Source of the DNA: an uncultured Candidatus Saccharibacteria bacterium
GTDB taxonomy: Bacteria; Patescibacteriota; Saccharimonadia; Saccharimonadales; CAYLGV01
Length of the DNA: 64,000 nucleotides
Assembly: GCA_964394925.1 (NCBI GenBank)
Contig: CAYMZG010000003.1
Location: forward strand, 40,414 to 104,413
Direction of reading: 5' to 3'
In this document: positions 1 through 8,119 of the stretch, one piece after another
Layout of the letters: every line of letters starts with the position of its first letter
How positions within the stretch are numbered: the stretch's first letter is position 1
Made by a program: the position numbers and the translations under genes
Notes under the pieces: generated by a model
What the model was told of the DNA's origin: nothing
The model's database searches: none
Seen by the model: the letters and a program-made list of their open reading frames with translations, nothing else

Positions 1-1626
1 ACCAGAACGATTGCGACGAATTGCCTTAGAAACAGCTTCTACTGCTTCATGTTGTCCAATCACATATCGACTCAGGTTCTTCTCGAGATTCAATAGATAC
101 TTCGCCTCGGAACGGATGACTTTAGTTACTGGCACGCCAGTAATGCGAGCTGTGACTTCGGCCACATCATCACTCGTCATTACAATCCGCTTAACCGCCT
201 TGCCACTTTCCTCGAGCTTCTTTAGGTCTTCGTTAATCTGCGAAGCGCGTTGTTTGTATCGAGCAGCTTTTTCGTAGTCTTCACTGTCGACGGCTTCATC
301 AATACGGGTTTCGACGAGCTTCAACTCTTTTTGGAGCTTACGAACCTCGGGCGGTGTTTTGCCTTTGTCTACACGGAGATGCGCTGCAGTTTCATCCAGA
401 AGATCAATTGCCTTGTCAGGCATGAAGCGTTCGTTTATGTAACGCTTGGCAAGCGTCACGGTGTCATCAAGTACTTCATCGCTAATCTTCACCCCGTGGA
501 ACTGTTCGTAGTGTTTACGTAAGCCTTTAAGGATAGCCAGCGTTTCAGCAGGATTCGTTTCTGGCACCTGAATTGGCTGGAAACGTCGTTCAAGCGCGGC
601 ATCTTTTTCGATATGCTTGGTGTATTCAGCGGTGGTAGTCGCTCCAATCACCTGTACTTTACCGCGAGCTAAAGCTGGTTTGAGGATGTTACCCGCGTCC
701 ATAGCACCCTCTGCAGCACCCGCGCCTACAATTAAGTGCAACTCATCAATAAATACGATCGTCTTGCTGTCATTCTCCAGTTCGCCCATTACTTTTTTTA
801 GACGCTCTTCGAACTCACCTCTGTACTTTGTTCCGGCGATCATACCGGCCAGGTCGAGCATGACGATACGCTTATCAAGGAGGCTATCGGGTACTTCTTC
901 GGCAATAATGCGCTGAGCCAAGCCCTCTACAATAGCTGTCTTGCCAACGCCAGGCTCACCAATGAGTACGGGATTATTCTTGGTGCGTCGATTCAGAATT
1001 GTCACGACACGTTTAATCTGATTCTCGCGTCCCACGACTGGATCAAGCTTGCCCTGCCGAGCCATATCAGTAAGGTCGGTCCCGAAAAAGTCGAGCGCTG
1101 TCTTGCGCTGCTTCTTAACTTGACGACGACGGCCTTCAGTGGAAGTATCGCCGTTGTCGTCGTACTGCTGCCTATTTAAGAACTGTTCGATTTCATTGTT
1201 TAGAGCATCGACGTCAACATTCATGTCAGCCAGCAGCTTAGTAGCACGGGCATTCTTTTGGCTTAAAATACTGTAGATAATATGCTCAGTGCCGGTATAT
1301 TCCTGGTTAAACTCTTGAGCAATCTCTTGAGCCATTTTTAGTGTTAGTTTGGCCGTTTCACTCAAACCCTTACCGCCCAGGTTAATAACCAGGGTTTTAG
1401 GTGTCAGATTTAGCACAAGTCGAGCACGGTCAAGCGTTACACCCGCATCAGATAAGATCTTGGCACCAATGCTGCCATCTTGCGCCAAGATACCGAGCAT
1501 CAGGTGCTCAGTGCCCACGTAGGCACTCCCAAAACTACGTGCAATAGCATCAGCATGGCGCAAGCTATGCAATGCGTTGTCGGTTAAGTGGTTCAAAAAT
1601 TCCTGGAAATCAGGACTATTTGGCAT
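1..1626 (-). CDS. clpC: ATP-dependent Clp protease ATP-binding subunit ClpC, first 542 codons (3' end lies beyond window start)
   Basis: Absent from ORF track because truncated. My reverse-complement translation from ATG 1626 reads [22 protein letters not shown]..., with two Clp_N-type repeats, Walker [10 protein letters not shown], Walker B VFIDELH and a UVR-like linker [13 protein letters not shown]. The frame stays open to base 1. Confidence 0.9.
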   Translation of the reverse strand, partial: MPNSPDFQEFLNHLTDNALHSLRHADAIARSFGSAYVGTEHLMLGILAQDGSIGAKILSDAGVTLDRARLVLNLTPKTLVINLGGKGLSETAKLTLKMAQEIAQEFNQEYTGTEHIIYSILSQKNARATKLLADMNVDVDALNNEIEQFLNRQQYDDNGDTSTEGRRRQVKKQRKTALDFFGTDLTDMARQGKLDPVVGRENQIKRVVTILNRRTKNNPVLIGEPGVGKTAIVEGLAQRIIAEEVPDSLLDKRIVMLDLAGMIAGTKYRGEFEERLKKVMGELENDSKTIVFIDELHLIVGAGAAEGAMDAGNILKPALARGKVQVIGATTTAEYTKHIEKDAALERRFQPIQVPETNPAETLAILKGLRKHYEQFHGVKISDEVLDDTVTLAKRYINERFMPDKAIDLLDETAAHLRVDKGKTPPEVRKLQKELKLVETRIDEAVDSEDYEKAARYKQRASQINEDLKKLEESGKAVKRIVMTSDDVAEVTARITGVPVTKVIRSEAKYLLNLEKNLSRYVIGQHEAVEAVSKAIRRNRSG

Positions 1627-1673
1627 CAATGTATCCTACCCTTCAGCGAAATTTATATCTGTTCGCTCCTACC

Positions 1674-1701
1674 ATTATACCAATTAGCACTCGCTGGTCA
1701 A
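1674..1701 (-). promoter_or_regulatory. clpC promoter: -35 TTGACC (inside CIRCE spacer), 16-nt spacer, -10 TATAAT
   Basis: Minus strand reads ...TTGACCagcgagtgctaattggTATAAT..., followed by a ~45-nt leader with SD-like AGGGTAGGA before ATG 1626. Confidence 0.6.
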
Positions 1702-1710
1702 GAGTGCTAA
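1684..1710. promoter_or_regulatory. CIRCE element (HrcA operator), perfect consensus TTAGCACTC-N9-GAGTGCTAA
   Basis: Sequence ttagcactc gctggtcaa gagtgctaa read directly. It overlaps the stop codon of the 223-aa ORF and the -35 of the clpC promoter. Confidence 0.8.
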
Positions 1711-2378
1711 TTAACAGCGTTCGGGGCGTTGATTTCATAATCGCCCCATTTAATTGCCATTGAGCCAATGGCATCTAGGGGGTAACTATGTATTGCAGTA
1801 ACTAGCGTTTCACAATCTGAATTCTGCAAGATATACGGTGAATAACCATTTTGTTGGATTATGGAAACTATTCTTTGATAGTAACCAGTTACCCCATTAT
1901 CAGGTTCGGGCAATAAACCACGATGCTCCTCTTCTGCCACTTTTTCCGCATTTTCTACTACCCATGAAATAGCTGCAAAAGGCGGTAATTCACGACTAGT
2001 GAATATGAAGTAACTGTCTGGTGCAAAACTTGAATTATGTGGACGCAAGAGAGCCACATCTTCCTCTCGTACATAAGGTGAACCGTCATTAAACAGTTCA
2101 ACCTCTAATTGAACAATGTCGGTCTGACCGTCGAATGTAAGACTCAGGGGTCTATATGAGTCTGCGCCCAACAAAGTATCCATCACGCGGGGGCTGCGAA
2201 AATCAAAACAGCAGTCAAAGTCACCAGAGCCGTCTGGACGGTAGATTTTTCCAAATTCGATCTTGCAAAGGGCATTAAGCTCGGCAATACGCTCAATGGC
2301 ACTATTCGCGATCTGACGATGGAACATAAGCCGCAAGGGCATCTGCTGCTTGAAGGGATCGAATTCCGGATCGATCAT
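1707..2378 (-). CDS. hypothetical protein, 223 aa
   Basis: ORF track. Packed 10 nt downstream of nusA. No motif recognised. Confidence 0.6.
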   Translation of the reverse strand: MIDPEFDPFKQQMPLRLMFHRQIANSAIERIAELNALCKIEFGKIYRPDGSGDFDCCFDFRSPRVMDTLLGADSYRPLSLTFDGQTDIVQLEVELFNDGSPYVREEDVALLRPHNSSFAPDSYFIFTSRELPPFAAISWVVENAEKVAEEEHRGLLPEPDNGVTGYYQRIVSIIQQNGYSPYILQNSDCETLVTAIHSYPLDAIGSMAIKWGDYEINAPNAVN

Positions 2379-2388
2379 GAAAGCTTAT

Positions 2389-3552
2389 CTATTCCTCGTT
2401 AGGAGTATCTTCGCCGTGCTGCTCAATTGCTTCAAGCAGTGAAGACTCAAGGGCTTCTTTCTTCTTCAAGCGTGGTGGCGAGATTTTGACGGGGCCTTCA
2501 CTAACGGGAGCTTCTTGGGCAGCGTTGATGTCAAGCTCGTAACCAGTTAATTTGCTGGCAAGACGAACGTTCTGGCCGCTCTTACCGATGGCGATGCTCA
2601 GCTGATCTTCGGGAACAATAACCTTTGCTTTCTTGTTGGTTTCGTCGAGTTCAACTTTATTAACCTTGGTGGGGCTCAGGGCATTAATTATGTATTCCTT
2701 GGTGTCTTCGCTAAAGATTACGATATCGATCTTCTCTTGTTCGCCAACCTCGCTCATAACCGCGTTAACACGGGTGCCATGACCACCAACAAAAGTACCA
2801 ACTGGATCTACGCCAGGCACGCTGCTCGCAACTGCAATCTTACTGCGCACACCGGCTTCACGGGCAATGTTCTTAATCTCAACAGCACCACTTTCCATCT
2901 CGGGCACTTCAGCCCGGAAGAGCCAATCAATAAATTGCGTGTTGCCACGGCTCACCACCAATTGTGGGCCACGGAAGCCTCGCTCAACATCTTTTAAGAA
3001 AACTTTGAGGCGTTGGCCAGGATAGTAGCGCTCACCTTGAATCTGTTCACTGCGCGGCATAATACCCTGGGCCTTACCAAGGTCAACACGCACAATATTG
3101 CCTTCAACGCGTGCCACAATACCGTTCACAACGGTGCCGATCTTATCCTCATACTCGTTCATGATAATGTCACGTTCAGCTTCGCGCAGACGCTGCAAAA
3201 TCACTTGCTTGGCAGTCTGAGCAGCTACGCGGCCGAACGAACTAACTGATTCATGAATTTCCATCATGTCACCAATCTTGGCGTTCTTCTTCATGACTTG
3301 GGCATCCTTGAGACTAATCTCGAAGTGTTCGTCGCCAACCGTCTCCACGACTTCCTTGCTCACGTAAGCATCGACATCACCACTGTTAAGATTCATGCTG
3401 ACGCGTACTTCTTGCTCACGCTCACCATAATCGCGGCGATAGGCTGCGGCTAGTGCTTGTTCAACAATTTCTTGCACGACGTCTTCGGGTAAGTTCTTCT
3501 CTTCGGCAATCGTTTTTAGGGCCATTGCCAGTTGTTTTACATCCAAATCCAT
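2389..3552 (-). CDS. nusA: transcription termination/antitermination factor NusA
   Basis: 387 aa with N-terminal domain, S1 and two KH-like regions (GPQLVVSRG, GVDPVGTFVG, AIGKSGQNVRLASKLTG). SD AAAGGAG upstream of ATG. Confidence 0.95.
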   Translation of the reverse strand: MDLDVKQLAMALKTIAEEKNLPEDVVQEIVEQALAAAYRRDYGEREQEVRVSMNLNSGDVDAYVSKEVVETVGDEHFEISLKDAQVMKKNAKIGDMMEIHESVSSFGRVAAQTAKQVILQRLREAERDIIMNEYEDKIGTVVNGIVARVEGNIVRVDLGKAQGIMPRSEQIQGERYYPGQRLKVFLKDVERGFRGPQLVVSRGNTQFIDWLFRAEVPEMESGAVEIKNIAREAGVRSKIAVASSVPGVDPVGTFVGGHGTRVNAVMSEVGEQEKIDIVIFSEDTKEYIINALSPTKVNKVELDETNKKAKVIVPEDQLSIAIGKSGQNVRLASKLTGYELDINAAQEAPVSEGPVKISPPRLKKKEALESSLLEAIEQHGEDTPNEE

Positions 3553-3587
3553 TTTTATCTCCTTTACTTGTGATCAGGTTCGGTATG

Positions 3588-3612
3588 AAAAAAGCCGACC
3601 TGCTGGCCGACT
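3588..3612 (-). terminator. intrinsic-terminator-like hairpin plus U-tract in the nusA 5' leader (candidate attenuator)
   Basis: Minus-strand RNA AGUCGGCC-AGCA-GGUCGGCU-UUUUU forms an 8-bp stem that includes two G-U pairs. The plus-strand transcript cannot form it (C-A mismatches). Confidence 0.5.
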
Positions 3613-3624
3613 CGTACACCTATA

Positions 3625-3652
3625 AGTATAACAAACATTGCGATTACGTCAA
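3625..3652 (-). promoter_or_regulatory. nusA promoter: -35 TTGACG, 16-nt spacer, -10 TATACT
   Basis: Minus strand reads TTGACGtaatcgcaatgtttgtTATACT, upstream of the leader hairpin. Confidence 0.55.
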
Positions 3653-3701
3653 TCGTCAAGCAATTGATGTAAATATCATCCTCCCCTGGCGCCTGCCAGT
3701 T

Positions 3702-3710
3702 TGCTAGAAT
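3702..3710 (+). promoter_or_regulatory. extended -10 (TGcTAGAAT) 6 nt upstream of pepN ATG; leaderless candidate
   Basis: ttTGcTAGAATaatcagATG, with no SD. Confidence 0.5.
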
Positions 3711-3716
3711 AATCAG

Positions 3717-6284
3717 ATGAGTAAAAACGTGAAACGCCTCCTTGATCAGTTTGTTCCGAAGAATTACCAATTAGCCCTTGATATTGACCGTGACGACATG
3801 ACCTTTACCGGGAGCGTTACCATTGAAGGGCAAAAAGTTGGTCGCCCCAACCAGCGCCTCACCTTTCACCAGAATGGCCTCGAAATCACCGCAGTGCATG
3901 TTGTAAAACACGATAAATCTGGGGATCACGAGGTAGCGATCGATCGCATCAACCACCACAGCAAATTCGACGAAGTCCGCCTGCATGCCACGCACATGCT
4001 CTACAACGGTAGCTACAGCGTGCGCTTGGAATTTAAGGGGAAGATCACCCGCCAAATGAATGGTGTGTATCCCTGCTTCTTTGCACATGACGGAAAAGAG
4101 AAGCAGCTTATAGCAACTCAGTTCGAATCCCACCATGCCCGTGAGGTCTTCCCGTGTATCGATGAGCCTGCCGCCAAAGCTACCTTTGAGCTCACCCTCA
4201 CCACACCAGCCGGCGAAACAGTTCTATCGAATACGCCAGCCAAGAAGGGCGTCGAAAAAGCCGGGCGCCTGGTAACCACCTTTGAGCCTACACCCCACAT
4301 GTCAACCTATTTATTGGCATTCATCTTTGGTGAACTGGGCTATAAAGAAGCCAAGACCAAAGACGGTGTCGTGGTACGTACCTATGCGACGCCAGACAAT
4401 GTGGCATTCACCGAGTTTGCTTTGGAAGTGGCCGTTAAGTGCCTTGAATTTTACGAAGAATACTTCGACATTAAATATCCGCTCGAAAAGTGTGATTTTA
4501 TTGCGCTGCCTGATTTTGCCTCGGGTGCCATGGAAAACTGGGGTTGTATTACCTTTCGTGAGCAAGCTATGCTCGTTGACCCGAAGAACAGTACGCTGGC
4601 TACCAAACAATATGTGGCATTGGTTGTCGCTCACGAGCTCACGCACCAGTGGTTTGGCAATTTAGTCACCATGCGCTGGTGGTCCGACCTATGGCTCAAC
4701 GAAGGCTTCGCCAGCTGGATGGAATACCTGGCCGTTGACCATCTGTACCCCGATTGGCAACTTTGGACGCAATTCGTAGTAGACGAGCAACAGCAGGCCC
4801 TCAAGCTAGACGCGCTCGAACATACCCATCCAATTGAAGTTCCGATCCACCACCCTGATGAGATCCGTACCATTTTTGATGCCATCAGCTACAACAAAGG
4901 TGCCAGCGTGATTCATATGTTGCACGAATACCTTGGGCACGAAGCCTTCAGGGATGGTCTCAGGCACTATCTGTCGACACACAAGTATGGCAACACCGAC
5001 ACCATTGATTTATGGGCTAGCCTCGAGAAAATATCTGGCAAACCGGTGCGTGACTTTATGCATTCATGGACAAGCTTGCCTGGCTACCCGATTGTCTCGG
5101 CAACTGTTAGCAATAAATCGGTCTCATTGCGGCAGGAGCGGTTCTACACAAACCCTGACCACAGCAAAGCCGAGCCCACCAACTGGCCGGTTCCACTCCT
5201 CGCGTCCGAGAGCGCACCAGATACACTCCATGAATCAACAACTTTATTTGCCATCCAAGATGTTGCAAACTTCAAACTCAACAGTGGTCAAAGTGGTTTT
5301 TATCGGACTGTTTACGATCCAGAGCAACTCGAACGTCTTGGTGCGCTCATAAAACAAGGCACCTTGCAGCCACTCGATCGGCTTGGTGTGCTTTTTGATC
5401 TGTTCGAGGCAGCCAAGGCAGGCTACGCCAAAACATTCGATGCTCTTCAATTCCTTGACAACTTTGCGGCTGAGGACAACTTTGCCGTTTGGGATGCCAT
5501 GACCGCTTCGATTGGCAGTGTGCGCCTCATAATGGGCGACGAAGACTTGCGAGAAACCATGAAGCCCTATATTCGTAAGCTTGTGGCCGTGCAGTTAAAA
5601 CGCCTGGGCTGGAAGCAGCGTAAACAAGATAGCCACTTTGATAAGCTCATGCGACCAATCATTTTGAGCCTTGCAGCAAGCGCAGATACCAAGGAAGTAG
5701 TAGACCAATGCTTGACGCTCTTCGATTCAATTGATGAAACAAGCGGCACGAGCAGTATTGACCCTGACCTGCGCGGCACCGTCCTTAGCACTGCCGCTCG
5801 GCTCGGCAACGAGCAAACCTTTAATAAACTTGTGCGCCTCCATAATGCCTCGAGCCTGAGCGAAGAACGCCTAACGATCGCGGCAGCTATTACTGGCTTT
5901 AAGCAGCCTGAACTTATCGAACGTTCCCTGAGTATGATCGACAGCAAGGATGTTCGCTTGCAGGATGTAACATTTTGGATGGCCTATAGTTTTATGAATC
6001 GTCATGCCAAGCACACAACCTGGCAGTGGCTCAAAACACATTGGTCGTGGCTGCAAGATAATCTGGGCAGCGACCTGAGTTTTTATCGTATGCCAATTTA
6101 CGCTGCGCGCGTTTTTGCCGACAAGGACTTTGCTCACGAATATACAAGTTTCTTTAAGCCCAAGATGTCACCCGCGCTTGAGCGTTCCTATAACCAGGGC
6201 CTGGAGATGCTGAGCTGGCAAACCGCCTGGCGTGACCGCGCTCTCGAGGAGACTAAGGCGTTCTTTAGTTCAAAAGCTAAATAA
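3717..6284 (+). CDS. pepN: aminopeptidase N, M1 family zinc metallopeptidase
   Basis: 855 aa with GAMEN exopeptidase motif (SGAMENWG), HELTHQWFG...WLNEGFA zinc site and a C-terminal ERAP1-like helical domain. Confidence 0.93.
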   Translation: MSKNVKRLLDQFVPKNYQLALDIDRDDMTFTGSVTIEGQKVGRPNQRLTFHQNGLEITAVHVVKHDKSGDHEVAIDRINHHSKFDEVRLHATHMLYNGSYSVRLEFKGKITRQMNGVYPCFFAHDGKEKQLIATQFESHHAREVFPCIDEPAAKATFELTLTTPAGETVLSNTPAKKGVEKAGRLVTTFEPTPHMSTYLLAFIFGELGYKEAKTKDGVVVRTYATPDNVAFTEFALEVAVKCLEFYEEYFDIKYPLEKCDFIALPDFASGAMENWGCITFREQAMLVDPKNSTLATKQYVALVVAHELTHQWFGNLVTMRWWSDLWLNEGFASWMEYLAVDHLYPDWQLWTQFVVDEQQQALKLDALEHTHPIEVPIHHPDEIRTIFDAISYNKGASVIHMLHEYLGHEAFRDGLRHYLSTHKYGNTDTIDLWASLEKISGKPVRDFMHSWTSLPGYPIVSATVSNKSVSLRQERFYTNPDHSKAEPTNWPVPLLASESAPDTLHESTTLFAIQDVANFKLNSGQSGFYRTVYDPEQLERLGALIKQGTLQPLDRLGVLFDLFEAAKAGYAKTFDALQFLDNFAAEDNFAVWDAMTASIGSVRLIMGDEDLRETMKPYIRKLVAVQLKRLGWKQRKQDSHFDKLMRPIILSLAASADTKEVVDQCLTLFDSIDETSGTSSIDPDLRGTVLSTAARLGNEQTFNKLVRLHNASSLSEERLTIAAAITGFKQPELIERSLSMIDSKDVRLQDVTFWMAYSFMNRHAKHTTWQWLKTHWSWLQDNLGSDLSFYRMPIYAARVFADKDFAHEYTSFFKPKMSPALERSYNQGLEMLSWQTAWRDRALEETKAFFSSKAK

Positions 6285-6618
6285 TTGGGATAAAACCCGT
6301 AACAGTTGGTGGATCACCACTGAGCTGTATGGCACTCAAAAAATACGCACCCTCCCACCTATGACGTTGAACCCATATTTCGGCGGCGAATTGCATTTGT
6401 TTGAGTTTTTGTTCGGTTAGGTAGTCAAAACCCGAGCCGTATTCATCGTTACTACGATACTTACATTCCACAAAATATTTGACTGGTCCTTTTTGGGCAA
6501 CAATATCAATCTCACAGCGCGGGGTCTTCCAGTTTTGTTGCAAAATAATGAAACCCCGTGAAATAAGGTATTCGGCGGCGGCATTTTCGGCACGATGACC
6601 AATGTCTGTTGTATCCAT
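6277..6618 (-). CDS. yraN: YraN family (UPF0102) endonuclease-like protein
   Basis: 113 aa reading GHRAENAAAEYLISRGFIILQQNWKTPRCEIDIVAQK...FVECKYR, typical of UPF0102. Overlaps the pepN 3' end by 8 nt (convergent). Confidence 0.85.
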   Translation of the reverse strand: MDTTDIGHRAENAAAEYLISRGFIILQQNWKTPRCEIDIVAQKGPVKYFVECKYRSNDEYGSGFDYLTEQKLKQMQFAAEIWVQRHRWEGAYFLSAIQLSGDPPTVTGFIPII

Positions 6619-6624
6619 GTGGCC

Positions 6625-6633
6625 ATGGTAACA
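6625..6633 (-). promoter_or_regulatory. extended -10 (TGtTACCAT) 6 nt upstream of yraN ATG; leaderless candidate
   Basis: Minus strand reads TGtTACCATggccacATG. The same 9-mer occurs upstream of the DUF475 gene. Confidence 0.45.
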
Positions 6634-6652
6634 AAAAGTTATTAACGAATTA

Positions 6653-7219
6653 TTAAATGTTCATACTTTTTTGAACGGGCTTAAAACTTTTTCTATGTAT
6701 CTCTGTTATGCCATGCAGCTGCATGGCTTTAACATGCGCTGCCGTGCCGTAACCAACATGTTGAGCAAAACCATAGTTGGGGTATTTTTCATCCTGATCA
6801 ACCATGTAGGCATCACGGCGAACTTTGGCAATAATACTGGCCGCGCTTACTTCAGGGACAAACGCATCTGCCTTCACCAGGCACTGAACACGTGTATATT
6901 CTGGCGGACAGTAATTATAGTTTCCATCCATAATAATCTCGTCGTTCAAACTGACCCCAAGCTCATCGAGAGCACGACGCACCGCAAGACGCATTGACTC
7001 CGTTAAGCCAAGGGCATCAATTTCGGCAGGCGAGACCCAGCCTTCGCCCCACTGACAGCAGGCCTCGAGCTCAGTGGCAAACTGTTCCCTGGCTCGTTTC
7101 GTAAGTTGTTTTGAATCAGTAAGCCCGTTTGGTAGTGCTCTGTCGGCTTGCAGTGCAACTACCAGGAGCGGTCCTGCCCAACAACCTCGTCCAACTTCAT
7201 CGACCCCAATTAGTGTCAT
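6653..7219 (-). CDS. rnhB: ribonuclease HII
   Basis: 188 aa with GVDEVGRGCWAGPL catalytic N-terminus and DSKQLT motif. Confidence 0.93.
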   Translation of the reverse strand: MTLIGVDEVGRGCWAGPLLVVALQADRALPNGLTDSKQLTKRAREQFATELEACCQWGEGWVSPAEIDALGLTESMRLAVRRALDELGVSLNDEIIMDGNYNYCPPEYTRVQCLVKADAFVPEVSAASIIAKVRRDAYMVDQDEKYPNYGFAQHVGYGTAAHVKAMQLHGITEIHRKSFKPVQKSMNI

Positions 7220-7225
7220 AATACT

Positions 7226-7231
7226 AGTGTA
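7226..7231 (-). promoter_or_regulatory. -10 box TACACT 6 nt upstream of rnhB ATG; leaderless candidate
   Basis: Minus strand reads TACACTagtattATG, immediately after the rplS terminator. No SD. Confidence 0.4.
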
Positions 7232-7233
7232 CT

Positions 7234-7258
7234 AAAAAACCGCTCGAGCGAGCGGTTT
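7234..7258 (-). terminator. rho-independent terminator after rplS
   Basis: Minus RNA AAACCGCUC-GCUC-GAGCGGUUU followed by UUU: perfect 9-bp stem. Confidence 0.8.
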
Positions 7259-7277
7259 ATATTCACGCAAAAGTGTA

Positions 7278-7751
7278 TTACGCTTCTTCGGTTTGCTTTT
7301 CCGTAGTTTCCGCTTCAGCTGATGTTTCAACAGGGGCAGACTGAGCTTCTTCAACGGGTGCTTCTGCTACCGGCTCTGGGATGTCATTAACTGCATCTCG
7401 GTCAAAATCACGACCCGTCAAACGAGCTGACTTGCCGGTACGCTCGCGCATGTAACTAAGGTAGTTGCGGCGAACTTTGCTTCGCTTAGTAACTTCAACC
7501 TTAACTACCAATGGGCTGTGCAGCAAGAAGGACTTCTCAACACCAATGCCGCTGGCGATACGACGTACTGTAATGCGACTGGTGTGCGAACCTTTGCGAT
7601 CAGTACGAATCACCAAGCCCTGAAAGACCTGGATACGCTCCTTGTTACCTTCGCGAATCTTTTGGTGCACTTTAACGGTATCACCAGATCGCACGTCAAC
7701 GACTTGCGGTTTCTTGTACTTCGCCTCAATTTTCTTAATCACAGATTCCAT
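7278..7751 (-). CDS. rplS: 50S ribosomal protein L19 with ~40-aa acidic C-terminal tail
   Basis: 157 aa with an L19 core (RSGDTVKVHQKIREGNKERIQVFQGLVI...) and the tail PEPVAEAPVEEAQSAPVETSAEAETTEKQTEEA. Confidence 0.95.
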   Translation of the reverse strand: MESVIKKIEAKYKKPQVVDVRSGDTVKVHQKIREGNKERIQVFQGLVIRTDRKGSHTSRITVRRIASGIGVEKSFLLHSPLVVKVEVTKRSKVRRNYLSYMRERTGKSARLTGRDFDRDAVNDIPEPVAEAPVEEAQSAPVETSAEAETTEKQTEEA

Positions 7752-7809
7752 AGACCGTTAGATTCTACACCAGTTATCTGTAAAAAGCAACACTTTTCCC
7801 TGATACTAG

Positions 7810-8067
7810 TTAAAGTGTGTACGATGGACAAGCATCTTCTGAGCAAGTACCGCTCAATACGCCTCGATCAACCTCCAAGATGAAACCGCAGCCCCTTAAG
7901 GCCAATCCGGCGTTTGTGCCTCGAACAATATCTTCTTGCGCATCGACTTGCGGCCGTATGTTCCCTCCGCTCTGACCGATTGCAGTTATATCTTGATTCA
8001 ACTCGCGTATCTGTACTTTTACATCGTTCAATGTGTTATCAAACTGCTTGCAAATATATTCACCCAT
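7810..8067 (-). CDS. hypothetical small protein, 85 aa
   Basis: ORF track. Strong SD (AAGGAGAG, 5-6 nt) before ATG 8067. Lies upstream of rplS where trmD usually sits. No motif recognised. Confidence 0.45.
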   Translation of the reverse strand: MGEYICKQFDNTLNDVKVQIRELNQDITAIGQSGGNIRPQVDAQEDIVRGTNAGLALRGCGFILEVDRGVLSGTCSEDACPSYTL

Positions 8068-8119
8068 AAATCTCTCCTTAATGGTCTATAATATGCTTCA
8101 GATTGGGGATTGCAAGCAT

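Noticed and set aside
4119-4133. tRNA T-arm-like GTTCGAATCCCAC (and GGTTCGAATC near 34186)
   Set aside because: Both lie inside conserved coding sequence (pepN, transketolase). No acceptor or anticodon stems can be drawn around them, so they are chance matches.
7810-8067. The 85-aa ORF as a double-glycine bacteriocin or RiPP precursor (…ELNQDITAIGQSGG followed by a Cys/Ser/Thr-containing tail)
   Set aside because: Spacing of the conserved leader residues does not fit the LSxxELxxIxGG consensus. No modification enzyme or C39-peptidase ABC transporter is adjacent, and the nearby ABC exporter at 42106 lacks a peptidase domain.
8033-8119. N-terminal extensions suggested by the ORF track (8033 malic enzyme, 38340 ppa, 48953 pheS, 38144 GDPD, 32563 heptad gene)
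   Set aside because: The extensions show no similarity to the protein families. They run into upstream genes or promoters, and better-supported internal ATGs with an SD or -10 signal exist.
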